Numbered from the whole stretch's first letter, positions 12,218-24,479 are shown. The stretch is 63,424 nt of DNA, filler included, from Octopus bimaculoides (GCF_001194135.2; 5 parts of 5 records of this genome joined end to end with filler, not necessarily neighbours in it); one strand, 5' to 3'. The notes: generated by a model from the letters alone, not told the origin. Translations and numbers: made by a program.

Positions 12218-13186
12218 CACGTGAACGCAAAGACATGGATTCACAAAAGCGACCTCAAACACAAGCATGCACAAGCATATACATATACGTATGTATACAC
12301 ATATATACATACACACTAATACTCACACACACATACACATATCCATGCGTATGTGCATAATTATTAGCTGAGGAAATATGTGACAATCGTGTTTTATTTG
12401 ATTTACCCTTCGCTGGAGATAATAAAAATAATTTGAGATAAGCTCTATAAAGATATATATACACTATTTGGTAATATCTTTTATAGTAGTAATATTACGT
12501 GCCGACGAAAAGTAACTTAGAAACGCTGACAACATGAAACTTCGAGATGCTGTATGAGTAATGTAAAGTATGTGTCACCTATTTCTAGGAATGGGTGTTC
12601 AAATATTATCCATCCATCCTTCCATCCATCCATCCATCCATCCATACATACATACATACATACATACATACACACTTACAGCAATCGACAGAGGAAGACA
12701 AAGCGTGACAGAGAGCGAATTAGAGAAGTATAAGTTTTCTAAGTTGCAAATCTTGGAAAGTGTCCAAATTTTACTGCCGCTTTAAAAATAAAATTCATAA
12801 AAATGGAAATAATTTCATTCTGATGAAGTTACGAGAAAGAATGCCGTTTACTTATATATTATATACATTGATACATTCACACATGAGTATAAAGAATCGG
12901 CGCTTATCTGATCGACGTCGAAAGTTTAACTTTCCCAGTGATGATTTTCGCGNNNNNNNNNNNNNNNNNNNNNNNNNNNNNNNNNNNNNNNNNNNNNNNN
13001 NNNNNNNNNNNNNNNNNNNNNNNNNNNNNNNNNNNNNNNNNNNNNNNNNNNNNNNNNNNNNNNNNNNNNNNNNNNNNNNNNNNNNNNNNNNNNNNNNNNN
13101 NNNNNNNNNNNNNNNNNNNNNNNNNNNNNNNNNNNNNNNNNNNNNNNNNNNNNNNNNNNNNNNNNNNNNNNNNNNNNNNNNNNNNN

Positions 13187-13221
<35 letters not shown>

Positions 13222-13222
<1 letters not shown>

Positions 13223-13634
13223 ATGGAACAAAAATGCAATAGAGTACAATAAATCATCCGGACAGATAGACGACACAAAGCCGGACAGGAATAACAACAA
13301 TTAGAGGGGCAGAAAAAAAGGACAGGTCATTCGTTGTTTTCTTTCGTCAGTCAAATCGTGATATGTCCTTACAGATTCGGGCAGTTACACTTGACGCTAT
13401 TCGATCTGGTTGTCCACAAAAATGTCTCAGGTAGGAGCGTTAGATTTTTTGTTAGAGAGCAAGCAAATGTGTACGACAACAAAGACCAAAAAGGAAAACA
13501 TGTTACACAGTTACAAATAGAACCAACAAGAATATAACAACAGGTGTCTTTCAACAAAGGACGAATCAAATGGAGCTGGTGTGTATAAAGTGAAAGCCTT
13601 AAGGCAGGAACGTGGGAGTTGGATATAAGAGGTA
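13222..13634 (-). mobile_element. PLE-like terminal repeat (pLTR/UTR) fragment abutting the Penelope ORF, probably inverted
   Basis: Homologous to 22569-22920 and 23255-23300 (shared ggtcattcg, gcagttacacttga, aacaacaggt, atccggacagatagacga). The CTGACGA motif reads on the minus strand. PLE assignment is inferred from adjacency to the PLE ORF. Confidence 0.5.
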
Positions 13635-16570
13635 TTGTCGGTCAGCCGTCAGGCCATACAAATGTGTGAAAAACAAGAGTGGTTCACTAACTATGAAAAA
13701 AACTATGGAGACAAATCCATTATGAAAACGAAGCCACCACAACAAAAAAATACGAGGAAATCGAAAACAAAGATAGACACTAACCTCGGAGGAACCGGAC
13801 TGAAGTATGGAACCTCTAATTACCCAGGGACATACACATAAATGACTTCCATCTCACCCCAAGTACAGACATGAAGCCCATATTCTACAATACATAACAC
13901 TGCAAATACCGAACATATGAAATATAGAATAGAACCATCGACCCATGAGTTCAAACACCATGGATGGATAAATACAAAGGAAAAAAGACATGAAAAACAA
14001 ATGACATACAGACAACCACCAAACCGTAATAACATGTACTCCAGATGGATGAATACATGGGAAGAAAGACAAATAAAATACGGACAGCACAGGTACTACA
14101 ATAGGAATATTAATCATCATGTAACTCAAACACGTCACGATTTATGACCAAACATGCCGTATATCCTGAATGGTGAAAAAAAGTATGGAAGATCGGAAGA
14201 AAACAAAACTTATAACCAACGGAATTCGTATAACAGACATGAACCATCCTCCCTACGTGAAAACCAGAACGCTGAGGTCAGAAAATGGAGACATGGTAAC
14301 ACAATTCCTTTTTTGGGGGAGAAAATACCAACATCAGGCACCGGACCCGATAATTCACGAAATTTAAATGAATACACAGAACATATAGACCCGAAGATCA
14401 TAAATTTGTCAGATAGGAACTTCAACAAGAATGAGATGAATTAAAAGGTTTCACGTTTACCCCGATACCCACCCCTAATCTCATTGAACTGAAATCTGAT
14501 ATTGAACACCTCAACCGCCACCTTCGACTTATAGAATTCTTCAACCATAAGGATTTAAATAACGAATCAATAGTCAGAAATACAAAGGCAAGGACAAATA
14601 TTTAGACGCGAATATAGACACGGTTTCAAAATTTCTCTAAATACCCACAGATGCAAACAAAACCTCCGTGAAGGAGGAAAGGAAGCATTACAAACATTGA
14701 AGAATGACATCTCAATCATCCTAACAGAAGCCGACAAGGGAGGGGCGATAGTGATCATAGACAATGACTGTTATAAAGATGAAATATTGGAAATGTAAAC
14801 AAAACTACTACAATGAAGAACCAAGACAATCAGAAAACATAATAATGAATAAAGTCTAATCAATGAATTCCAAGATTCCTTCACAGACAAAGAGAAAGAT
14901 TATATATGCAACTCTGTAATCAAAGAAAGCAATTTCTACGGATTACCCAAAATCCACAGAAGCTCCGAAATACAAAGTGCTATAAATAAACAGAAGAACC
15001 ATTACGTAAAAATACTAAGGTCTGCTGATCTCAAACTAAGACCAATAGTTGCTGGACCTCAAGCACCAACACAACAACTAAGTCATTTTTAAAATATACT
15101 CCTAAAACCTTTGTGCCCTTTAATACCCAGTTATATACGGGATGGCATAAATTTCATCCAACACATCCCTCCCACCGTTGCAGAAGGTACTATACTCACA
15201 AGTTTTGATGTCACCAATCTCTATACTAATACACCTCACACTTTAGGCATATAAGCAATGAAGTACTGGATAGAGAAACATAGTGAACGGATAAATGAAC
15301 GCTTCAAAACTGACTTCATCACCAAGGCCACACGCCTAGTACTAGAAGAAAACACCTCTAGACTTGGAAATAAAGCATATCGACAGACAAAAGGGCCCGG
15401 CTATGGGTATGCGGTTTGCGCCCTCATACGCAAACTTAGTAATGGGACACTTGGAAGAAAACTTTATGAGGAAGTAGAAAAAAGTTTGATCAGGAGTACA
15501 GGAAATATATCATTAAAAAGTGGAAACGCTTCCTTGATGATTGCATCATCTTCTGGGACAAATCGAATGAAGATCTATATATTTAACAATATAATTAATA
15601 CACTTCACCCATCCATCAAATTCACGACAGAATCCAGTTGCAATCAACCATTCCTGGATGTCCATATAAAAATACAGAACTCCACAGTCACAACAGACAT
15701 ATTTTACACAAAAACTGACATGCCAACATCTAAATTTCTACACTTGCCATCTATTACACATCAAAAGAAACATCCCATACAGCATGGTAAGACACATCTG
15801 TGCTATAGTGACTGACCCTAAATACGTGAAATTCGACTCAACGAACTCAAAGACTTTCTCACAATTCAGAAATACCCCTTACGATTAATTAATTAAAGAG
15901 ATGAATCTGAACATCACCCAACTATGGACACCTAAGGAAAACGTTAATGAAAACACGATTCCGTTCGTTAACACACACAGTCCTAGAATAACCAACATCA
16001 TTCTCGCCATAAGATCGAACTGCCTTATACTCCTACAAATTCCCAAAATGAAAAATCCGATTGAAAAAACATCTTACGGAATAGCAGACGAAAACGAAAA
16101 ACATCTTTAAAATAACTTCACAAGGGCAGAATTCAAATCATAGAATGAATCAGAATTCTTAGTAAAAGAATGCGGAGATAAGAGATGTGGAACATGGAAC
16201 AACATCAAAAACTTCAAATACTTGGAAAGTAGTTCCTACATAAAATTCAAGAGCGGATCCCTTTTCAAAATAAATGCAGATATGAACTGAAAAACGCAAA
16301 ATCTCATATACTGCATTACTTACCCAAACTGCAAAGAAAATTACATTGGTGAAACAAATAATTCTCTCTGCCAACGTGCAAGAATCCACAGGCAACATAT
16401 CCGACAAGAGGAACAACGCAGGATTCCATTAAGTATGCATCTGGAAATATGCAGCAACGGAAAATTCAAAATATTTCCCTTTTACAAATGTGCACGGGAC
16501 GATCCGCAATAACGAAAAGCAATGAAACTATAGTTCCTTAAAACATTCTCTCCAAAATTAAATGCTTGAA
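13635..16570 (+). mobile_element. Penelope-like retroelement, near full-length but inactivated ORF (N-terminal domain, RT, GIY-YIG endonuclease)
   Basis: KIINLSDRNF N-terminal motif. RT motifs FYGLPKIH, LRPIVAGP, SFDVTNLYTN, YRQTKG, frameshifted MGMRFAPSYANLVMG, IKFTTE and PFLDV. Endonuclease region NLIYCI...CKENYIGET...QRARIHRQHI near 16300-16410. Multiple stops and frameshifts. ORFs 13635, 13917 and 14154 share one frame. Confidence 0.93.
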
Positions 16571-16796
16571 ACAAAAGCGAAGGCAGAACATTTTGTAAAT
16601 GTTATACTAATGTTCTCTAATGCAAAAACGTGAAACTGAAAGAGGCGTGATCGAAGTAACACAGTATAAACATGAACATGTTCCCAAGCACGCACACACA
16701 CGCGGGCGCGCTCACACGCACACTCACACACACACACACACACACACACACANNNNNNNNNNNNNNNNNNNNNNNNNNNNNNNNNNNNNNNNNNNN

Positions 16797-16808
16797 TTAA
16801 TTAATTAA
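16797..16808. other. Artificial scaffolding linker TTAATTAATTAA
   Basis: Flanked by exactly 44 N on each side (100 bp total). Palindrome with stop codons in all six frames. Identical at 22513, 38722 and 61993. Confidence 0.95.
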
Positions 16809-16852
16809 NNNNNNNNNNNNNNNNNNNNNNNNNNNNNNNNNNNNNNNNNNNN

Positions 16853-17065
16853 GTGTGTGTGTGTGTGTGAGTCTGTGTCTGTCTCCAAACATCGCTGGAC
16901 AACCGATGTTCGAGTGTTTACGTCCCCGTAACCTAGTGGTTCAGCCAAAGCGACCGATAGAATAAGTACTAGGCTTACAAAGAATAAGTCCTGGGGTCGA
17001 TTTGCTCGACTAAAGGCGGTGCTCCAGCATAGCCGCAGTCAAATGACTGAAACAAATAAAAAGGG
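16853..17065 (+). mobile_element. SINE family B, 3' half (well conserved)
   Basis: gacaaccgatgtt...cgtccccgtaac...gaataagtactaggcttacaaagaataagtcctggggtcgatttgctcgactaaaggcggtgctccagcat...actgaaacaa. Confidence 0.9.
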
Positions 17066-17068
17066 TAC

Positions 17069-17099
<31 letters not shown>

Positions 17100-18110
17100 A
17101 GAGTGCATAAGGATTTATACAGAGAGATGACCCCTGACAGGACGCCTTACATGCTAGAAAGGGCAGTCAAGCCCAAACCACGAAAAAAAGTAATTCCAAA
17201 GAGAATGAAAGCAAAAATTATTTATATATGTGTGTGGTGAGTTCATGTAGGCACAGAGTAGATTCGAACCTGAATCTGCCAATTTCCTTTAACATTTCAA
17301 CAGCACTTTTCTCACGGTAAAACAATAGCATTTTTTTTTCTGTGAGTGATCGCAATTATATTTACCATATGGCTTTGCCAAGCCGATTCTTGTCTTTGCC
17401 ACTTGACCATCCTAGGCCATGAAAAGCTAGAATTGAGATAACAGTGGACCCCCAACGAAATCTATTGTTCTAAACAATATGTCTCTCCTTCTAACTAGTT
17501 TGAATAATTATAAATACTAAACACTGCAGGAAGAAGTTAGTTGGCCAAAGGAGATGACACAGAGGCGACCACAGACAGAATCCAGTTAGTGAGATAATTC
17601 AACTGAGAGAAGGCTTACAGCTAGAATATCAAATATGACAGTGTCTTGTCCCAACACCGCTGCTGTTTAAATGTCAGGCAACATGAAGGTATCATTTTAT
17701 CGGCTTCCTACACTTACATTTACTCTATCATCCTTTAATCCCAAGTTAAGCAGCTAGTAGTTGGCCAGCATAAACAGGAACAACATACAAGAGAAGATAA
17801 CTTTTTCTATTCTTTTTATCTGATACACATATGGCTGTCGAGACATGGCGTATTATAAAAGTAACGGTAAATAAATTTGGAGATAACATAAACTTCGACC
17901 GCTGTTCTTCTTTCAACTTCTTTCACAACTGCAAAATCAACATCATCGATATAACAACTCGAAACGAATAACTGCCTCTACCGTTACGGTGGTAACAACC
18001 AACAATAACAGTTACCTTTATAACAATTAGTAACTGCCGACTCCAACGCATATCCTAAAATATATCGTTACAAATTGTAACCGCCGACTCCTAACCTATA
18101 CCATTACATT

Positions 18111-18153
<43 letters not shown>

Positions 18154-18409
18154 NNNNNNNNNNNNNNNNNNNNNNNNNNNNNNNNNNNNNNNNNNNNNNN
18201 NNNNNNNNNNNNNNNNNNNNNNNNNNNNNNNNNNNNNNNNNNNNNNNNNNNNNNNNNNNNNNNNNNNNNNNNNNNNNNNNNNNNNNNNNNNNNNNNNNNN
18301 NNNNNNNNNNNNNNNNNNNNNNNNNNNNNNNNNNNNNNNNNNNNNNNNNNNNNNNNNNNNNNNNNNNNNNNATATATATATATATATATATATATAGTGT
18401 CTAGTAAAT

Positions 18410-18960
18410 AAACACACGAACATATACTAAATACACAGATGAACGGGAAACACAGAAGGTCACCAACTCCTCTTCAGTTATCGGCCAAAGGGTCAAAGCG
18501 CAATTTCAGCCATTATCGATAATAGTGCTTCCACTCTGGAGGCACCGGTACGAAACTTACAGGGAATGGGACCTAAACATAACAAAACGATACGGGGCAC
18601 GAGTCGAGATCGCTAGTAAGCGGACGAGGGACAAAACAACAAACAGAATAAGACCACACGAAGACAACAATTAAAATGATAATAATACATATGCAACAAA
18701 AAAGCCTTAGGGCTGCAAGACAAGACGAAAATGGGTAGCGCGAAGGAGAAATGAAAAACTATCCAAAAGGACTACAGATGGGTAGAGTGAAGAGCTCAGA
18801 AAATCGTGAGCAGTTCAGTTGAAGGATACGCGAAAATAATGACACCACCTCAGACCGTCGCGGATCACGTGATAGTGGGAGGAGGGTAACAGAGAAAGAC
18901 AGACAGCAAGGGAGAGAGAGAGAGAGAAAGAGAGAAAGGAAATAAGAGAAGCAAAGTAAA
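18410..18960 (-). mobile_element. Probable PLE-like UTR/terminal-repeat fragment
   Basis: Composition and layout are like 22569-23346 (purine-rich plus strand, atcacgtg block). A CTGAAGA half-motif lies on the minus strand near 18468-18472 but no GAAA partner is present. Confidence 0.3.
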
Positions 18961-19089
18961 GAGGCAAACGGTTACAAAAATATTCCAAGAATATTTCTAC
19001 AAATGGCTAAAAAATTAATGAGTGCGTGCGTTAAATAAATAATATTTTCAGGATTAAATAAAAAGACAACAAACGGAAAATATGACATA

Positions 19090-19160
<71 letters not shown>

Positions 19161-20082
19161 GTATATGTATATATATGTATACATACAAATGTACATGCAT
19201 ATACGTTATGCTTATATATATATAAGACAAACTATTACATAACAAACAATCACTTGTCTACGCAGTAAGACACTATATCTTATGTTATTAGGTTATTTTA
19301 TTTCTTTTAGGCTTTTTGTATTTTCACCTCTATAGTATATAATTATATTATAATACAATAATATAAAACACCAAAAGAATGTACCTTTAACTATTGTCGT
19401 TATTTTGATTCTATACACATTTAGTCTTTAATTATGGATTTCCCTTTTATTTTTGATTTAATTTATACTTTATTTCTATTTTAATTTTTAATTTCTATTT
19501 TATTCACTTATCAGTTTCCTAATATCAATTTATACACTGCTTATCCATAGCATTAGAATTGGTGCATAATACTTTGCAATATATTGCAATTATGCTCATA
19601 TACCTATCTTTGCAATTTCTTTTATTTAACACCCTAGGATGATGTATCGTTCTATTCTTACTTTTATTATAAATCCAATAAATATTCTACCTTCCTCACC
19701 TTTCTAAAGTTTATATCATGTTCTTTATATATAAATTTTATCAGTTAACGGTGTGGAGCCGTATACTCAGCTAGCAGGAATATGAACCCCTAATGAGATT
19801 CGACTTTAAATGACTTTAATTATGGTAATTAATTTCTGAAGGTCTGGAATCAAAACAACTGTCAGAAATGATGTCTAATTTTTTAATTAATAAATAATTA
19901 TTAATTATCTCTGTATTTTGTTATCTTCTTAAAATATATATAAACCGCGGTTTATCTAGTTACCTTACAGTTGAATATTGATTATAATATTGAACACTTA
20001 TTAAATAGGTAACTAACCAGTATTTTCATTGGATTTTATTATCTCTTATTGAGGTTTGTAACCTTTATTTGAACTTATACAT

Positions 20083-20342
20083 ATATATATATATATTAAT
20101 AGTAATGGTACGACAACAAAAGAATGAAAGGAGACCTCGATATTATGTAAATAGAAGAATTTATCTGTAATATGATATGCGACAATTATTTATTCGGTTG
20201 CCATAATAAGACACCGAGTTTCGGATGTCGGGGCGGAAACCTGCTCCGGCATTTCGTCAATTATCGAGGCAATCAAAAAATGGATTTTTCCATTGCCTCG
20301 ATAATTGACGAGATGCCGAATAATTGTCACATATTATATTAC

Positions 20343-20346
<4 letters not shown>
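20083..20346. mobile_element. Palindromic pair of HHR-family elements (one complete copy on -, one internally deleted copy on +) between (TA)n runs
   Basis: 20109-20273 reverse-complements to a homolog of 8261-8412. Inner arms 20247-20273 / 20292-20318 have 1 mismatch. Outer arms 20163-20190 / 20319-20346 have 2 mismatches. Confidence 0.85.
20198..20273 (-). ncRNA. Hammerhead ribozyme motif, second family copy (C3-to-U core variant)
   Basis: Minus strand: stem I ttgcctcgataa / ttattatggcaa. Core TTGACGA (20260-20254). Stem II 6 of 8 pairs. CGAAACTC present. Triplet GTC with H17 at 20210. Confidence 0.65.
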
Positions 20347-20395
<49 letters not shown>

Positions 20396-20405
20396 CATAC
20401 ATACA

Positions 20406-20436
<31 letters not shown>

Positions 20437-20574
20437 GCATACATACACGCGCATCACATATATATACAGCTGTAACTAAAAGTGGAAAGACTGTCTCTGA
20501 TGCTTCAACAGAGATATTCCAAGTTGACACACTCTTTGTGCTTCTGTTTTTTTCAGCCCTAAATCCAATGCCAG

Positions 20575-20750
20575 ATCTTTTGCGAAAACTTAACGCTTTC
20601 GACTTAAGAGACTGATGGCATAAGTACCAGACTTCAAAAGAGGAAACAAAGCAAAAAAAAATCTACTAGGATCGATTTGTTCGACTAAACACTTCAAGGC
20701 GATGACACAGCCTGAATGCAATCCAATAATTGAAAACAGGTAAAGAGAAG
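20575..20750 (+). mobile_element. SINE family B, 3' half (degenerate)
   Basis: ataagtaccagac...ggatcgatttgttcgactaaacacttcaaggcg...tgaaaacaggtaaagag. Confidence 0.65.
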
Positions 20751-21029
20751 GAAAAAGAAGAAGCATAAATATATACATAAACTTATGGAAATGTTTCTTA
20801 CCTGATGATTTACATCCCCTTGACATGGAAACATGTATAGGGAGAAACTGATAAATATCAGACAGAGAACGTCCATTTTCCTCACGTTCATCCTTCGTGT
20901 ATCTCGGCTTCACAGTAAATGAGAATTTATATATGGATGTATATAACAAGTTGCCTCTAAGTATTTGTATATATATGCGTGTATGCGTGTGTGGGCGACT
21001 GTGTGCGGTGTGTGTAGCTAGAAATGGAA

Positions 21030-21067
<38 letters not shown>

Positions 21068-21517
21068 CTAGAAATGGAAATGTGTGTGTGTGTGTGTGTG
21101 CACGTGAATGTGTGTGTATCTATAAAAGGGAATAATTGTTCAGTTATACATATGAGTACATAAATATGTAAACGCCTGTAAATATTTGTATATGTATGCG
21201 TGTATGTGTGTATGTATGCGTCTGCGCGCGGTGTGTATAATTATAAATGGAAATATGTATATGTGTGTGTGTGTGTACGTGGATGTTTGTGTGTCTATAA
21301 AAGGGAATAGTTGTTCAGTTGTACATATGACTACATACGTATATAAATATGTGTGTGTGTGCGTGTGTGTGTGCGTGTCTGTGTGTGTATGTATATGTGC
21401 GTACACGCATGTTTATGTATGCATACACACACACATATGTATATATGTATGTATGTATGTTTGTATGTATTTATGTGTTTATGAAGGAGTGGAGAAAAGG
21501 AAAAGTTGTAATTGTCC

Positions 21518-21586
<69 letters not shown>

Positions 21587-21899
21587 CATACATACAGATA
21601 GACAGTCAACAGACAATAGGCGTGTTTGTGTGCGTCTGTTGTCATGAGACTATGTATGTACGTCACTAAACAGATGATTCTCAAAATCCCAGTTATTTTG
21701 CATGTATGTATATTATCATGTATAGATGTGTATGTATTTAGATGTTGCAGTGTTTCTGAAAAAAGGGTCCACATTTTGTCTGGATCCCTTTGATTACTAT
21801 TTTTATAGAATGGTCCCCTAAAGCCATTTGAAGTTTTAATAAAATTTCTTTATATTTTCATAATCAAATATTTTTAGAAATTGGATAATATATAAAAAT

Positions 21900-21985
21900 T
21901 AGCATGGTTGTATGGTAAGAAGCTTGCTTCTCAACCACATGGGTCTGGGTTCGTTTCCATTGCATGGAAAGTGTCTTCTACTAAG
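21900..21985 (+). mobile_element. SINE family B head fragment
   Basis: gcatggttgtatggtaagaagcttgcttctcaaccacatgggtctgggttcg. Confidence 0.7.
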
Positions 21986-22184
21986 GTCGTGGTCAACTGA
22001 CTGAAACGAGTAAAAGAATACATATTCTTTGAGTATTGCAGAAGTAATACCGATTTATTGCAGATAAATCTTAACAAACTCTTATGTGGACCCCTATGGC
22101 CATATTGACCACTAAGGGTCATCTAGAACTCGGTTGAGAACCACTGGTCTGTGTAAATTTTCATTGAGGTGTATGCATTGTTTA

Positions 22185-22412
22185 TCTTTTACTTGTCTCG
22201 GTCATTGGAGTGCGCCCATGCTGGGGCACCAACTTGAAGAATATATATTAGTCGAACAAATCGGCCCTAGTAACATATTTTCTTTTAAGTCTGGTACATA
22301 TTTAATCAGTTTTCTTTTGGTGAACCGCTATATCACAGGAACACAAACAAACCAGCTGTTACTGTTAATCGAATGTAGAGGACAAACACAGCACCAACGC
22401 AAAGACACACAC
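22185..22412 (-). mobile_element. SINE family B, 3' half
   Basis: Reverse complement of the family B tail (tcttttacttgt...ccatgctggggcacc...tagtcgaacaaatcg...ggacaaacacag). Confidence 0.7.
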
Positions 22413-22512
22413 AGAGATGCAGACCACACACGCACATACACATGCATATATATATATATATATATATANNNNNNNNNNNNNNNNNNNNNNNNNNNNNNNN
22501 NNNNNNNNNNNN

Positions 22513-22524
22513 TTAATTAATTAA
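22513..22524. other. Artificial scaffolding linker TTAATTAATTAA
   Basis: 44 N + linker + 44 N. Confidence 0.95.
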
Positions 22525-22568
22525 NNNNNNNNNNNNNNNNNNNNNNNNNNNNNNNNNNNNNNNNNNNN

Positions 22569-23346
22569 AATAAAAAGACGGACAGGAAAAACAAGGATGG
22601 GTCATTCGCAGCCCTTTCTCATCAGTCAATTTCCAAATTATCGTTACAGTTTCAGGCAGTTACACTTGAGACTGTTCAAATTCAGTTGCCCCCAAAAGTC
22701 TAAACTAAAAACATTAAATTTGGGGGGAAGAAAACAAGCGAATGTGTAAGACAACTACAAACAGCAAGAAAATAACAACAGGTATCTTTCGTCTACTAAA
22801 GACGAATTAAGTTGAGCTGGCGTATGTAGAGGGAAAGCCATGAGGCAGGAACATAGAGAAGCAGGAATATAAGAGATGCTTCGCAGCCGGCAGGCGAATC
22901 AAGAAAGAAAGGTCATGCCTGGTCGAAAACCGATCACGTGGAAGGAAAAGAGAGAGGTAGGGGAAGATGGATTGAAGGATTAGGGGAAGAACGAGATAGG
23001 GAGGAAATCAAAGGGATATAGAGAAAGATACAAGGGTGATAAACGAGATGGAAAGGTAAGAATTAAAGAAAGAGAAGGCCAAGAAATGTGAGACAGGGAG
23101 TGAGAAAAAGAAAAGTCCAAAGAAAGAAGAAAGTATGAGGGGACTAAAAGAAAGCGTAAAAGAGTCGTACAAAACTTAGATACATACTTACTAGGTGAGC
23201 AAAAGTGTACGTACGCCACTATATGTATATCTAAATCCAAAACATGGAACAAGACGACAATAAGAGATCCGGACAGATAGACGAGCGAAGACAGACAGGG
23301 AAAACAATAAAAAGTCGAACAGAACCCGACATTGTTTTTTCCTGTC
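22569..23346 (-). mobile_element. PLE-like terminal-repeat/UTR fragment
   Basis: Two separate stretches are homologous to 13222-13634. It ends in a short foldback (23294-23308 / 23331-23346). Confidence 0.5.
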
Positions 23347-23349
23347 CAT

Positions 23350-23619
23350 CAAAACTCTTTCTAACACCAAAGATGAACTGGCGGCAAGGATTATGGCAGC
23401 ATTCACCAACTTAAAGAATGGGACCGTCCAGAAGTGCTTTAGGAGATTCCGAAGTCGTCTGGAGGCCGTGATTGAAGCCAATGGCGATTTTATTGAATAA
23501 ATTTACTATTTCAATTTATTTCCTATGTAATTTCGGTACATATATCTGTTAAAATGAGATGTCAGTATTATTTTCATTTTTGCGTAATTTAGACGACAGT
23601 TTATTCAACGCACCCTGTA
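23350..23619 (+). mobile_element. Tc1/mariner-superfamily transposon 3' end
   Basis: NTKDELAARIMAAFTNLKNGTVQKCFRRFRSRLEAVIEANGDFIE* (stop 23498-23500). A terminus of the form caccctg-TA lies at 23611-23619. Confidence 0.85.
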
Positions 23620-24479
23620 TATATATNNNNNNNNNNNNNNNNNNNNNNNNNNNNNNNNNNNNNNNNNNNNNNNNNNNNNNNNNNNNNNNNNNNNNNNNNN
23701 NNNNNNNNNNNNNNNNNNNNNNNNNNNNNNNNNNNNNNNNNNNNNNNNNNNNNNNNNNNNNNNNNNNNNNNNNNNNNNNNNNNNNNNNNNNNNNNNNNNN
23801 NNNNNNNNNNNNNNNNNNNNNNNNNNNNNNNNNNNNNNNNNNNNNNNNNNNNNNNNNNNNNNNNNNNNNNNNNNNNNNNNNNNNNNNNNNNNNNNNNNNN
23901 NNNNNNNNNNNNNNNNNNNNNNNNNNNNNNNNNNNNNNNNNNNNNNNNNNNNNNNNNNNNNNNNNNNNNNNNNATATATATATATATATATATATATGCA
24001 CTTACATACATACAAATATATACATACATAAAGATATATATATACACGCACACACGCAGATTGATGGATACATACATACATACATACATACATACATACA
24101 ACATATATATATCTGCATGTACGCAAGCATATATGTATGTATGCATGTATTCATGTATGGGTGTATATATTATATACACATGTATATCCAGACACACTAT
24201 ATACATATATGCTATAATATTCTTAAAATTCTGTTTCTTTCCTTATCTAAAACCAACATGTGGAAGGTTAATCTTTCGTTAATGTTAGAGATAAGACCAT
24301 ATTATTCACTATTCCAAAGCTTTTTCCTTCCACCTCTTTGTTTTCAGTGCCAAAGATCAAATCAAACGGATGCATATACCATCTTGTCTTCTTTATCTTT
24401 TCCTGTTTTTATTTTGATTTATTTTGTCATTTTTTTGACAAAAAAGATTTATCTGTTCTCTTGTTTTCCGTATTCTCTC

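Noticed and set aside
11853-12360. Many overlapping YIYI/HTHT/CVCV ORFs here and at 21.1-21.8, 23.6-24.2, 33.0-33.4, 39.3-40.0 and 56.1-56.7 kb
   Set aside because: These are translations of (TA)n, (CA)n and (TACA)n microsatellites.
12502-12530. CCGACGA...GAAACGC motif
   Set aside because: The core is mutated (U4), stem II is only 3 bp, and there is no valid cleavage triplet or stem I.
17820-17850. ctgatacacatatggctgtcgagacatggc, a possible HHR relic
   Set aside because: It needs at least three changes to restore both core halves, too degenerate to support.
18440-18482. Minus-strand CTGAAGAGGAG half-core
   Set aside because: The GAAA and stem III half is missing.
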